This document shows, one piece after another, positions 25,803-34,310 of a stretch of 64,000 bases of DNA (position 1 is its first letter; every line of letters starts with the position of its first letter). The stretch comes from an uncultured Acidobacteriota bacterium (GTDB lineage Bacteria > Acidobacteriota > G020349885 > CAZDZC01), in the NCBI GenBank assembly GCA_964509835.1, contig CAZDZC010000008.1, positions 2,136-66,135 on the forward strand, read 5' to 3'. A program made the translations under genes and the position numbers. Below the pieces are notes generated by a model. The model ran no database searches, was not told where the DNA came from, and saw nothing but the letters and a program-made list of their open reading frames with translations.

Positions 25803-26531
25803 ATGAATTGTTTTATTAAGATAACTGTCCTAATTTCTATACTGTCGGTTATTCTCAGTTGTTCTGCCGTAAATAAGATCGGACAAAAAATGGTCAACGC
25901 TTCTGACCGTGAAAAGGGTTCAGAGAATAATGACGAAGCAACAAACGAAGAAAATAACAAACCAGGCACCAAAGCTAAAAAAGCAGAAAAGCAAAAAACA
26001 GAAGATTATGGTTTTATTTCCGTACAAAATCTTACAGCCCGAGAAATTGATATGCTTTGGCAGGTAGCCATAGATAAGTGCTTTGAGATGGCTTATATGG
26101 TGACATTCAGCGATAAGAATACTGGAAACATTGCTGCTGAAACTAAAGGTGCAGATGGCGCCAGTTCTTCAATCAGGGTCAATTTTTCAAGTCAAGGCAT
26201 AAAGATAGATGTAAAAGCCAACGACCTTGTTTATGCTTTTGCAGGTGGTTTAGATAGAAAAAGAATGCACGCAGCGCTTGAAGCGAAATTGAAGGAGATG
26301 AACAGAATTACTTCAACACAAGAAACACAGTCTGTAGAGGCAGTCGGCAGTCTATCAATTTTTGAGGTTCAAAAAATTCTTGCTTCCGCAGGATATAATC
26401 CTGGACCCATTGACGGAAAGATGGGACCCAAGACAAGAGCCGCTATTGCCCAGTTCCAAAAGGATAAAGGATTACAAGGAACAGGCAACCTGGATACTGA
26501 AACACAGGCTAAACTCAAAAACTTACAGTAA
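25803..26531 (+). CDS. Lipoprotein with C-terminal peptidoglycan-binding domain (PG_binding_1)
   Basis: 242 aa. Lipobox-like LSVILSC, a Lys/Glu-rich linker, and the C-terminal VQKILASAGYNPGPIDGKMGPKTRAAIAQFQKDKGLQGTGNLD. Confidence 0.75.
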   Translation: MNCFIKITVLISILSVILSCSAVNKIGQKMVNASDREKGSENNDEATNEENNKPGTKAKKAEKQKTEDYGFISVQNLTAREIDMLWQVAIDKCFEMAYMVTFSDKNTGNIAAETKGADGASSSIRVNFSSQGIKIDVKANDLVYAFAGGLDRKRMHAALEAKLKEMNRITSTQETQSVEAVGSLSIFEVQKILASAGYNPGPIDGKMGPKTRAAIAQFQKDKGLQGTGNLDTETQAKLKNLQ

Positions 26532-26710
26532 TTTATCTACACAACCCTTTACATAGAATATGTTTTAAGTAAACTACCGGGAAAAAGGGATTGAAAAGCC
26601 TTTCTGCTTTAGGTCTTACCTCCGAAAGTCGAGCTTGTTTATGGTCAGTTGAAGGCATTACATCACAAAATTCGGCCCAAAATCACACAAAACATCATAT
26701 ATGATTTTTG

Positions 26711-27004
26711 GAAAATCATATAATCGCGCCAGAAAATCATATCCGGCAATCAGGAAATCATATTCCGGAGTTTAGAAATCATATTCCGGCATCCAGAAAT
26801 CATATCCGGGAGTTTAGAAATCATATCCGGCGAACAGGAAGTCATATCCAGGCACGAAGAAATCATATTCCGGAGTTTAGAAGTCATATCCCGGCGCATA
26901 GAAATCATACTTCGGAGTTTAGAAATCATAATCGGCGACTAAGAAATCATATCCGGCAGCATAGATGTCATATATTGGCACGCGGAAATCATACTTTTCG
27001 GAAC
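26711..27004 (+). repeat. Tandem array of 14 phased 21-bp repeats (consensus AGAAATCATATCCGG + 6-7 variable nt)
   Basis: Unit starts are 26711, 26731, 26752, 26774, 26795, 26816, 26836, 26858, 26879, 26900, 26921, 26942, 26963 and 26984, a spacing of 20-22 nt with a mode of 21. Degenerate copies occur upstream from about 26660. Inverted-orientation ATATGAT-type copies occur downstream at 27071, 27092 and 27113 on the same 21-bp register. Confidence 0.9.
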
Positions 27005-27173
27005 TGAGGTTATAAACTGGAGAAAAAAGATGATGTTTCGGCGGATAAACATCACATATTTTGTGAAATATATGATGTTCGCGCAAAAATATATGACGAA
27101 TTGCCTGAATTATGTGATGTGTGGCGGATGGCTGGCGGCCAGGACAACCGTAGATATTGATATCTGGGGGATT

Positions 27174-28586
27174 TTATTCCATAAATTCATCAAGTGTCTG
27201 TTTGACTACTGAGAGCTGTTTCTTTTCCGCTTTTTTGTATTCAACGAGGGGTTGGATGTCCTGAACGATGCTGTCAAATAGTTCCTGCTGTCCGACATGG
27301 TTGAGGAATTTCTGCTGGTCTTCGGTAAGGTTTTGCCGGTTCATGATATCTTCCGGTGGGAGTTTCAGTTCCTCCGCGATTGCTGCTTGAAGGGTTTTAA
27401 GCAGTTCTGTTATTTCCCGCGAAAGTGGGGATTGTTTATTTGTAAGCCCGATGCATAGCTGAACTGTTTTCTGAAGGAATCCTGGTTTGTTTTTTATGCT
27501 TGCGCCTGTTATGTCGCGATAACCGTAATCGGTGGCGAGATCGAGAAGGGGAGGGGCTGTTATAAGCTTTCCGTCCACCCTGTCCGCGTTCAGACGGTTG
27601 AAGGCGAAACCGCTGAAGATGAGCAGGTCGAATACGGCTTTCAGTTCGTCTTCCGTCATTGCGCTGAATGTCTTCATATCGGGTTTGAGAAGAACGCCTC
27701 CTCCGAAGAGCGACGGCCCTCCTTCCGATGATGTCTTTGTCCCGTCGGGCAGCTTGAGATAAACGGCGTGTCCGTAGGCTGATGCGATTGAAGCTGTTGG
27801 GTTGAGGATAGTCAGGTCAACGGGATAGGGGTGAAGTCTCAGGTCCTCCATCATGATGGAAGGGCATTTGTCTGCTTCGGCTTTTTTCAGGGAGGATATG
27901 ATTGAATAGACAACGCCGAGATTCTTCTGCGGGGAGCTGTCCCAGTCGTGGGTAATGAGAAGATCCGCTTTTTTCAGGTCTTTAAGTGCGCAGAATACGG
28001 GCGCGTCGGGGCTGTCCGCGGGGACATTCATTTTCAGCTCCAGTTCGATGGTTGTTTCCCCTTTTTTGAATGAATACTGGGACCGTATCCATTCGGCGTT
28101 CGGGATATGCTTTTCAAACTCCGCGACTACCTTGAAGAACCGTTCCGTTCCGTATGCAGCGACCCAGAATCCGGATTTGAGTTCGCTGTAGATTTTCTGC
28201 TCTGCGGTGTAGTTGAGAAAGCGGTCAATCTCAACGACGGTGGCTTTGTCTATGTCCGTGAATGTGTAGGAAAAATGCCTAATGGTTCCCGGTTCCTCAA
28301 TGAAAACCAGCGGCGCAATATGCGAGCCTGACCCGATGTAGAGAATATCAACGGATTGCTGTGCCACGCCGGAAGACCGCCAGAGTTCCTTCATTGTCTC
28401 ATGGCCTCTGAGGTCGTGAAGCCTTCTGTAGAGCTGTTCAATTTTCTGAATGTCCGGTTCCGGCGACTTGAGTTCCTTTTCAACTTCTTTCGTAAACTTC
28501 TTTTCAAGTTTTGCAAAACCTTCCGAACAGAAGGCGGGGGATAGCAGAAGGAAAAATAAAAAAACGGTTAAGATTTTGTTCTTCAT
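27174..28586 (-). CDS. Exported hypothetical protein, co-transcribed downstream of the TonB-dependent receptor
   Basis: 470 aa with signal peptide MKNKILTVFLFFLLLSPAFC. There is a 4-nt overlap with the receptor gene. No family was recognised. Confidence 0.6.
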   Translation of the reverse strand: MKNKILTVFLFFLLLSPAFCSEGFAKLEKKFTKEVEKELKSPEPDIQKIEQLYRRLHDLRGHETMKELWRSSGVAQQSVDILYIGSGSHIAPLVFIEEPGTIRHFSYTFTDIDKATVVEIDRFLNYTAEQKIYSELKSGFWVAAYGTERFFKVVAEFEKHIPNAEWIRSQYSFKKGETTIELELKMNVPADSPDAPVFCALKDLKKADLLITHDWDSSPQKNLGVVYSIISSLKKAEADKCPSIMMEDLRLHPYPVDLTILNPTASIASAYGHAVYLKLPDGTKTSSEGGPSLFGGGVLLKPDMKTFSAMTEDELKAVFDLLIFSGFAFNRLNADRVDGKLITAPPLLDLATDYGYRDITGASIKNKPGFLQKTVQLCIGLTNKQSPLSREITELLKTLQAAIAEELKLPPEDIMNRQNLTEDQQKFLNHVGQQELFDSIVQDIQPLVEYKKAEKKQLSVVKQTLDEFME

Positions 28587-30577
28587 TTCTCGTTCCAGTC
28601 ATATCTGAATGACAGGGTAACATTCCTTCCTTCCGAAGGAACCGCTGATTCATCCGCTGAAGCCCAGTAGAATTGGTCGCCTGCGTTTGATATCTTCAGG
28701 GTGCCCTTGAAGGCGTCCGTGAACCTGCAGGCGCACCCTATGTTAACGACAGCCCAGGAGCCCCGTTCCAGTTCCGATGGTCCCGGATGGGATTTGTCGT
28801 CAGCAAGCTGAATGTTCAGGAACGGTTCAAACCTTCCCGCGGAAGGGGTGAATGTAGCTGTGAACTTCGCGGGAGGGATGTCGTCAATATCATCGCCCGT
28901 CTCCCGGTCATAACCTTTCGCGAACGACGCGGCCACGGAAAGCCATTTCCCGTCAGCGCTGAAGGAGATGTCATAGACTCTTACATCCTGGATGTTCCTG
29001 TATGTGTAAACGCCCCCGGCTGTTTTTATTCTCTCGATATAGTCGTCAACATCCTGAATGCTGCCTCTTATGCCGGCTGTGCAAATGCTGTTTGTTCTTG
29101 ACCACGACAGCGACATCCCTCTGCCTTTTTCCGGGGAAAGATCGGGGTTGGCTTCAATATATCCTCTCGCGGTAAGTCCTGAATAGAGAAGTTCGTCGAG
29201 GGACGGGAATCTGTAAGTGGTGTAAAGCTGGAGAGCGAATACACCCGCTTTTGAGGAAGCTGACAGTTCCGCGGAACCGTTGGCAATATCGTCATCGAAA
29301 GACATCCCTTTGTTTGATGCCCTGAAATACTGGTATCTTGCGTTTCCGCTGAAGGTGAAGAACCTTCCAAAAGGTTTCCGGTATGACACTATCGGAGAAA
29401 TCTCCCACCGCTTGCCGTCTTCGATGGGTTTTGATATCCCGCTGTCAAGAAAAACAGTAGAGTCCACATTCTGCCTTGTGTAAATATCCAGCCCAGCCCG
29501 CCATCCCCTGAAATGATACATACCGGTCCCATGAAAATTCCAGGATGTGACTTCACTGGATTCTCCGGCCTTGTAAGTGAAAAGCTCCTGATAGATGACA
29601 GCGGCCTGAAAATCTGTTCTTTTTCCGAAAGATCTGATTCCGGTGAATGCGAGAATATCGTCGGGATAAACTGTAGGAGAGGAAGATGTTGACGGTTTGC
29701 CGATGTCGTTTCCTTCGCTGTAGAATGCGTCAATCAGGGTAAACCTGCCAATTGCGGGTTTCCAGGCTGTGTGAAGGTTGGTCCGTGAATAGAACCCTTC
29801 CTGTTTGTTGTCTTCGCCGTCCTCATATCTGCCCGCGTCTTCGAAGGCTGCTGAAACAACGAAAGAAGGGAGCGCGGCTGAAAGAAAAGCAAGGCCCCTG
29901 TTATTGTTTTCGCTGAATTCAGAAAGAAAGGAAAAGTGCTTCCCGCCGTCCGGCGCGGCGAGTCCGATATCAAGCGCTCCTCCTATTGCTTCCGAACCAA
30001 GCGCGGATCCCGAGGAACCCCGGTAAACCCCGGCCCTGTCAGCCATGGAAGGTATCAGGGTGCCGAGATCGCTTCCCGCTCTCCTGTCTGCGGAGACCCT
30101 GAACCCGTTCACGGTGGTCTGTATTCTGTGCTTCGCGAAACCGCCTATAGAAACAGTGGACAATGCCCCGCCTATCCCCGCTGTGTGGATATCAGCCTCT
30201 TTGGAAAGCATATCGCTCAGCCCTGAACCGGTGGACTTTTGAATATCTTCAACAGTGTTCACCGTGCCGGAAGAAGTCATTCTTCCGATAACCGTGACGG
30301 AAGCCGTTTTCAGAGTGATAATATTTGGTTTTTCCGCCTGGAAGAGAACATCATAGGGGATATCGAATATCTCGATGGTATATCTTCCGGGAGCAAGTTC
30401 AACGCTGAACACGCCGTTTTCATCGGTAACGGCGGAAAGATTTTTACTGCTTACCGTTACATAAACTTCCGGGAGAGGGGTTCCGGTGTTGTCGAGAACC
30501 GTTCCGCTGACAGCCGCAAGGATCGCGGGACAGATAAGCGCAACGGTCAAAAGCGCGTATGAGAAGCGGAAGTTCAT
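28583..30577 (-). CDS. TonB-dependent outer-membrane receptor with N-terminal carboxypeptidase-regulatory-like domain
   Basis: 664 aa with a signal peptide. It has a CarboxypepD_reg-like segment (SGTVLDNTGTPLPEVYVTV..GRYTIEIF) and a plug region (..SIGGFAKHRIQTTVNGFRV..), followed by alternating beta-strand sequence to the C-terminus. Confidence 0.8.
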   Translation of the reverse strand: MNFRFSYALLTVALICPAILAAVSGTVLDNTGTPLPEVYVTVSSKNLSAVTDENGVFSVELAPGRYTIEIFDIPYDVLFQAEKPNIITLKTASVTVIGRMTSSGTVNTVEDIQKSTGSGLSDMLSKEADIHTAGIGGALSTVSIGGFAKHRIQTTVNGFRVSADRRAGSDLGTLIPSMADRAGVYRGSSGSALGSEAIGGALDIGLAAPDGGKHFSFLSEFSENNNRGLAFLSAALPSFVVSAAFEDAGRYEDGEDNKQEGFYSRTNLHTAWKPAIGRFTLIDAFYSEGNDIGKPSTSSSPTVYPDDILAFTGIRSFGKRTDFQAAVIYQELFTYKAGESSEVTSWNFHGTGMYHFRGWRAGLDIYTRQNVDSTVFLDSGISKPIEDGKRWEISPIVSYRKPFGRFFTFSGNARYQYFRASNKGMSFDDDIANGSAELSASSKAGVFALQLYTTYRFPSLDELLYSGLTARGYIEANPDLSPEKGRGMSLSWSRTNSICTAGIRGSIQDVDDYIERIKTAGGVYTYRNIQDVRVYDISFSADGKWLSVAASFAKGYDRETGDDIDDIPPAKFTATFTPSAGRFEPFLNIQLADDKSHPGPSELERGSWAVVNIGCACRFTDAFKGTLKISNAGDQFYWASADESAVPSEGRNVTLSFRYDWNEK

Positions 30578-30732
30578 TAATTGTTCTTGTTACATATCAC
30601 AAGAGCTGCAATCACGCCCGGAACCCAGCCGATTATTGTCAGCAGCGCGACCAGAAGAACCGAACCGCATCCCTTGTCAAGAACGGCAAGAGGGGGAAGA
30701 AGAATGCACACAATGGCTCGTAAAAGGCTCAT
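30577..30732 (-). CDS. Pmp3/YqaE (UPF0057) family small membrane protein, absent from the supplied ORF track
   Basis: My own translation gives MSLLRAIVCILLPPLAVLDKGCGSVLLVALLTIIGWVPGVIAALVICNKNN (51 aa). It resembles E. coli YqaE (ILPPLGVLL.KG...LT.LGYIPG.IHA). Its TAA stop overlaps the receptor ATG by 1 nt. Confidence 0.7.
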   Translation of the reverse strand: MSLLRAIVCILLPPLAVLDKGCGSVLLVALLTIIGWVPGVIAALVICNKNN

Positions 30733-30941
30733 AACCACTCCTCGTTTCAAAGGACTGAAGTATAAAACATATAACAGTCACTGACAAGGTTTTTTTGTTC
30801 CCGGAGAATTCTTCCTTCAAAAAAGTAGTTTGAGAACGGAGGAATCTATGTTATCCTGCCGATGTGATTGATGTTGATATGAGGTTTTTGAATTTTGTTG
30901 CGCAGTAATGTATCAAGCGCTTTTTTGCGGGGAGTCGGCAT

Positions 30942-31181
30942 ATGGACGCGGCTTCAAAGGAACATACGGATATGGGTCGCATTTTAATCACAGTTTCTAT
31001 TGTTCTGATGGTCTCAGCCATCATTGTGTTTCTGCTTTTTGATCTTAAATCAGTCGCGGTGGGGCTGCTCATTGCTTCAGTTATTTTGAGCATCACGGGC
31101 GGGATCATCAGGTTCAGAAATATGATGAAGGCACGGAAATCAAAATCCGACGGGCCGGATACACCTATCAGCATAGATTAG
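30942..31181 (+). CDS. Small two-TM membrane protein (hypothetical)
   Basis: 79 aa with two hydrophobic helices and a basic, polar tail. It is followed by a bidirectional terminator. The antisense ORF 30851..31174 looks less protein-like. Confidence 0.5.
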   Translation: MDAASKEHTDMGRILITVSIVLMVSAIIVFLLFDLKSVAVGLLIASVILSITGGIIRFRNMMKARKSKSDGPDTPISID

Positions 31182-31200
31182 ATCAGTTGAAAACAGAATA

Positions 31201-31231
31201 AAAGGCCCCGCTTTCACGGAGCAGGGCCTTT
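31201..31231. terminator. Bidirectional rho-independent terminator between convergent genes
   Basis: AAAGGCCCCGCT-TTCACGG-AGCAGGGCCTTT, with one mismatch and A/T runs on both flanks. It lies between 30942..31181 (+) and 31264..32451 (-). Confidence 0.7.
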
Positions 31232-31263
31232 CAGAGGAGGGTTTGGATTACCGATTTGCTGCG

Positions 31264-32451
31264 TTAAATGTCTTCCTTATCTTCCTTGTCAACCTTCACA
31301 ATGCATTTCTTCTTCTGTATAGTCTTCAGATCGCCGTCGTCGCTCAGGTCTATATCAATGTCAATGTCTTTAAGTGCTTCCAGACCTTCAAGGCCTTCAA
31401 GACCTTCCAGTTCGTCCAGGCCCTTAATGATGATGCTTATGACGCCTTCCGGCTTTTCTGTCACATTGATATCGAATTTTTCGAGCCCTTCTATCTCTTT
31501 CAGTTCCTTCAGCTCTTCGAGTTCCTTGAGTTCCTTTTCCAGCCCTTCAATATCCTCCAGGCCTGATATGACTATTCTGAACTGGCCGTCTTTTTTACCT
31601 GATTTCCCCGTTTTTTTCACGGTGTACGCCTTATAATCGCATTCTTTTTTTTCAGGAAGGTCAGCGGTCACGGTTTTCTTTTTTCCATCCCTGACGATTT
31701 TAATTTCAACGGGACCCGCTTCAAGTCCGCGCACCGCGTTTGAGGCGTCGCTAATGGAAATAATTTCCTTTTTTCCTATTGCGGTGACGATATCGTCTGC
31801 TGTCAGTCCAGCTTTTTCTGCGGGTGAACCTTGAATTACCTTTGAAATGATAACGCCCTTGTTTTTGTTTTCAGTCTCGTCATTAGATGCCATTATTATA
31901 CCGAGACGGGGTTTGCTGTCCGCGAACCAGATTTGTTTATCAATATCGGCGCTTCCGTCCGAGTCTTTCAAAATATATTTTTCGCCGCTGCCGCTTTTCC
32001 ACTCGAAATCAATATCTTCCGGGCTGAAAAGGGTTTTCTTCTCTCCGAGAGTGACTGTGAAGTCCTTTTCATAACCGTCCCTTATAACAACGAGTTTCAC
32101 ATTTCTGTCGGCAGGGGAGTCGCTCACGAGTCTTTTAAGGTGTTTGGAACTTTCGACGAATGTCCTGTTCCATTTAATGACAACATCGTTTTTCAACAAA
32201 CCTGCTTTATAGGCAGGACTGTCCTTAACCACATCGGTAACAAGCGCGCCGCTTTCCATATCAAGCTTGAGTTCCGCGGCCTTGTCCGCATCAAGCTCAT
32301 CAAGGGTCACACCGAGAAAGCTCCGTCCCCCTGCTTCCTTCATCATGATAATTTTTTCAATTTCCCTGTCTTCCTGCGCGTTCACGGCAAGGAGAAACCC
32401 GGCGCAAACAAGGACCGAAACAGTTATCAGCAACATAGTTTTTCTTTTCAT
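31264..32451 (-). CDS. Exported double-PDZ-domain protein with acidic GLE/ELK repeat tail
   Basis: The track ORF extends to 32526. The ATG at 32451 has a GGAGG RBS and gives signal peptide MKRKTMLLITVSVLVCAGFLLAVNA. PDZ motifs are GALVTDVVKDSPAYKAGLLKNDVV and GVIISKVIQGSPAEKAGLTADDIV. The tail reads LEELKELKEIEGLEK..GLDELEGLEGLEGLEALKDIDIDIDL. Confidence 0.75.
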   Translation of the reverse strand: MKRKTMLLITVSVLVCAGFLLAVNAQEDREIEKIIMMKEAGGRSFLGVTLDELDADKAAELKLDMESGALVTDVVKDSPAYKAGLLKNDVVIKWNRTFVESSKHLKRLVSDSPADRNVKLVVIRDGYEKDFTVTLGEKKTLFSPEDIDFEWKSGSGEKYILKDSDGSADIDKQIWFADSKPRLGIIMASNDETENKNKGVIISKVIQGSPAEKAGLTADDIVTAIGKKEIISISDASNAVRGLEAGPVEIKIVRDGKKKTVTADLPEKKECDYKAYTVKKTGKSGKKDGQFRIVISGLEDIEGLEKELKELEELKELKEIEGLEKFDINVTEKPEGVISIIIKGLDELEGLEGLEGLEALKDIDIDIDLSDDGDLKTIQKKKCIVKVDKEDKEDI

Positions 32452-32553
32452 ATTAACCTCCTGGTAAACAGAAAAAATTATGTTCTTCAGAAGATATAAT
32501 ACGGAGAAACCACAAAATGGTTCCATGAAAATTGACGGGTTCTTAATATGTGT

Positions 32554-33111
32554 TTACGGATTTCCAGACTTTGAGCATTTGTCTTTTTCGAATAGAGAGG
32601 CTGAGATTTTCCGGGCAGCCTTTTCCAGTTCAATTTCAAAACCTGCGGTGCTTGCCGTAAGTTTCACAAGATAACTTTCCTGATGAAAAATAGCATGGTT
32701 CGGGCCCGAATAACATCCATCACCTATTTTTTCGTCAACGGTTTTGGAGAGTGTTTCCTGCTTGAATATACGCGCGGCGTTTTCTGACGAGTTGAACATA
32801 TAAAGGTCTGCCTGAAGAAACTGATCATCATCGTTCGTGTATTCCCAGCAGCAAAGCTTCAGGAAGCCGTTCCGGATATAGCGGTCGGCACCGCCGTTTA
32901 TGTACTCATGAAGGTTTTCAGGATTGTATTCACGGACAGGTTCTGTTTCCAGCCATCTTTCAATTTCAGGGAATCCTGATGTGGCGAGAACCGGAACATT
33001 CAGCAACGACCCGGGAAAAATCACGCTGAGAATGAAGACCGGGATGGTCCATAACCTACCCGGCAAGGGCTGCTTCTTTGTATTCATCTTTGATAGCGTT
33101 AAGAAGATCAT
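32554..33111 (-). CDS. Exported hypothetical protein
   Basis: 185 aa with a hydrophobic N-terminal segment. An alternative start lies at 33087. It overlaps the 3' end of the upstream oxidoreductase gene. No family was confidently recognised. Confidence 0.5.
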   Translation of the reverse strand: MIFLTLSKMNTKKQPLPGRLWTIPVFILSVIFPGSLLNVPVLATSGFPEIERWLETEPVREYNPENLHEYINGGADRYIRNGFLKLCCWEYTNDDDQFLQADLYMFNSSENAARIFKQETLSKTVDEKIGDGCYSGPNHAIFHQESYLVKLTASTAGFEIELEKAARKISASLFEKDKCSKSGNP

Positions 33112-34162
33112 GGACGGAAATTATTCTGTCAACCTTATATGCGTTGGCACCCGCGAATGGGAATCCTGAATCGAACTTTCCGTTCTGAGCGCTGGTGAGA
33201 GCGTCTGCAATGCAGTATTGAGCATCCTCGATATCACAGCTTTTCAGGCATTTCCACGGGCAATGGAATTTCTTTTTAACACCATTCTTTGTATCTTCAA
33301 GAAATTTGTTATTTATGGCTCTTCCGGGAAGACCGACAGGACTGTCAATAATGACGATGTCCTCTTTCTTTGCTTTGATATAGGCATCCTTGAAGGCCTG
33401 CGAGGCGTCGCATTCATGCGTCGCGACAAATCTCGTAGCCATCTGGACGCCATCCGCGCCAAGTTTCATGAAATCATAAATATCCGCGCCTGTATAAACG
33501 CCTCCCGCAGCTATCACGGGGATTTTTTTTCCGGCTTTTTCCTCAAATGATTTCACTTCTTTTATTACATTGACGACAAGATTTTCCAATCTGTATTCAG
33601 GATCGTCTATCTGAGCCTTGCTGAACCCAAGATGTCCCCCTGCAAGCGGACCTTCCACCACAACCGCATCCGGCAGGAAATCGTATCGTTTCTCCCACTG
33701 CCTGAAGATAAGGTTTGCGGCTTTTGATGATGAAACGATAGGCACAAATTTAGTTTTCAGCGAACCCAAGTCTTTCAGCGGGAGACCTTCGGGAAGCTTG
33801 AGCGGAAGACCGGCGCCCATGAGGACAAGATCAGCGTGTTCTTCTATCGCGCCAAGAACAAGTTCATCGAAATCAGTCAGCGCAACCATTATGTTGACGC
33901 CTATAACACCTCCGTTTGAAATCTCTTTGGCTTTAGTGATTGAATTTCTCAAGGCCCTTCTGTTGGCCTCTTTGTAATTTGATCGTATGTCAGGCTCAAA
34001 CTGACCAATTCCAACTGAAGCTATAACACCTACAGCGCCTTCCGCCGCCACCGCTCCCGCGAGTCCGGCGAGCGAGATACCAACACCCATTCCGCCCTGA
34101 ATTATCGGAACCGGGATATCAAGATCCCCGATCCTGAGTCCGGGCATCGTTCCTGATTTCAT
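33056..34162 (-). CDS. NPD-family FMN oxidoreductase (nitronate monooxygenase / FabK-like enoyl-ACP reductase II family)
   Basis: 368 aa. Motifs: PIIQGGMGVGIS, AAGGVYTGADIYDFMKLGADGVQMATRF, and a TIM-barrel FMN pattern. Confidence 0.8.
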   Translation of the reverse strand: MKSGTMPGLRIGDLDIPVPIIQGGMGVGISLAGLAGAVAAEGAVGVIASVGIGQFEPDIRSNYKEANRRALRNSITKAKEISNGGVIGVNIMVALTDFDELVLGAIEEHADLVLMGAGLPLKLPEGLPLKDLGSLKTKFVPIVSSSKAANLIFRQWEKRYDFLPDAVVVEGPLAGGHLGFSKAQIDDPEYRLENLVVNVIKEVKSFEEKAGKKIPVIAAGGVYTGADIYDFMKLGADGVQMATRFVATHECDASQAFKDAYIKAKKEDIVIIDSPVGLPGRAINNKFLEDTKNGVKKKFHCPWKCLKSCDIEDAQYCIADALTSAQNGKFDSGFPFAGANAYKVDRIISVHDLLNAIKDEYKEAALAG

Positions 34163-34310
34163 TCGATTAAATCCTTATCAGATGCACGCCACTGCCGCGT
34201 TATTCCCGCAGCAGAGAATAAAAATAAACAGCACAATCCTATAAAACAGAAGATCAAATTTCCACTTCTCATCAAATGGTCGAATATTATACTTCTAAAA
34301 ATGATTATAA

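Noticed and set aside
26711-27004. Possible CRISPR array, because of regularly spaced direct repeats
   Set aside because: The repeat unit is only about 15 nt, with 6-7-nt variable segments (21-bp period). Real CRISPRs have 24-48-nt repeats and spacers of similar length. No cas genes or leader are nearby.
26708-27007. 99-aa His-rich repeat ORF (ENHIIAPENHIRQSGNHIPEF...)
   Set aside because: The frame stays open because the DNA period is exactly 7 codons. It has a TTG start and no RBS, and lies between two convergent genes. I treat it as a by-product of the repeat, though expression cannot be excluded.
31243-31636. Plus-strand 107- and 122-aa ORFs opposite the PDZ protein tail
   Set aside because: They are shadow ORFs created by the GAG/CTC-type micro-repeats. 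The minus-strand PDZ ORF has an RBS, a signal peptide and clear domains.
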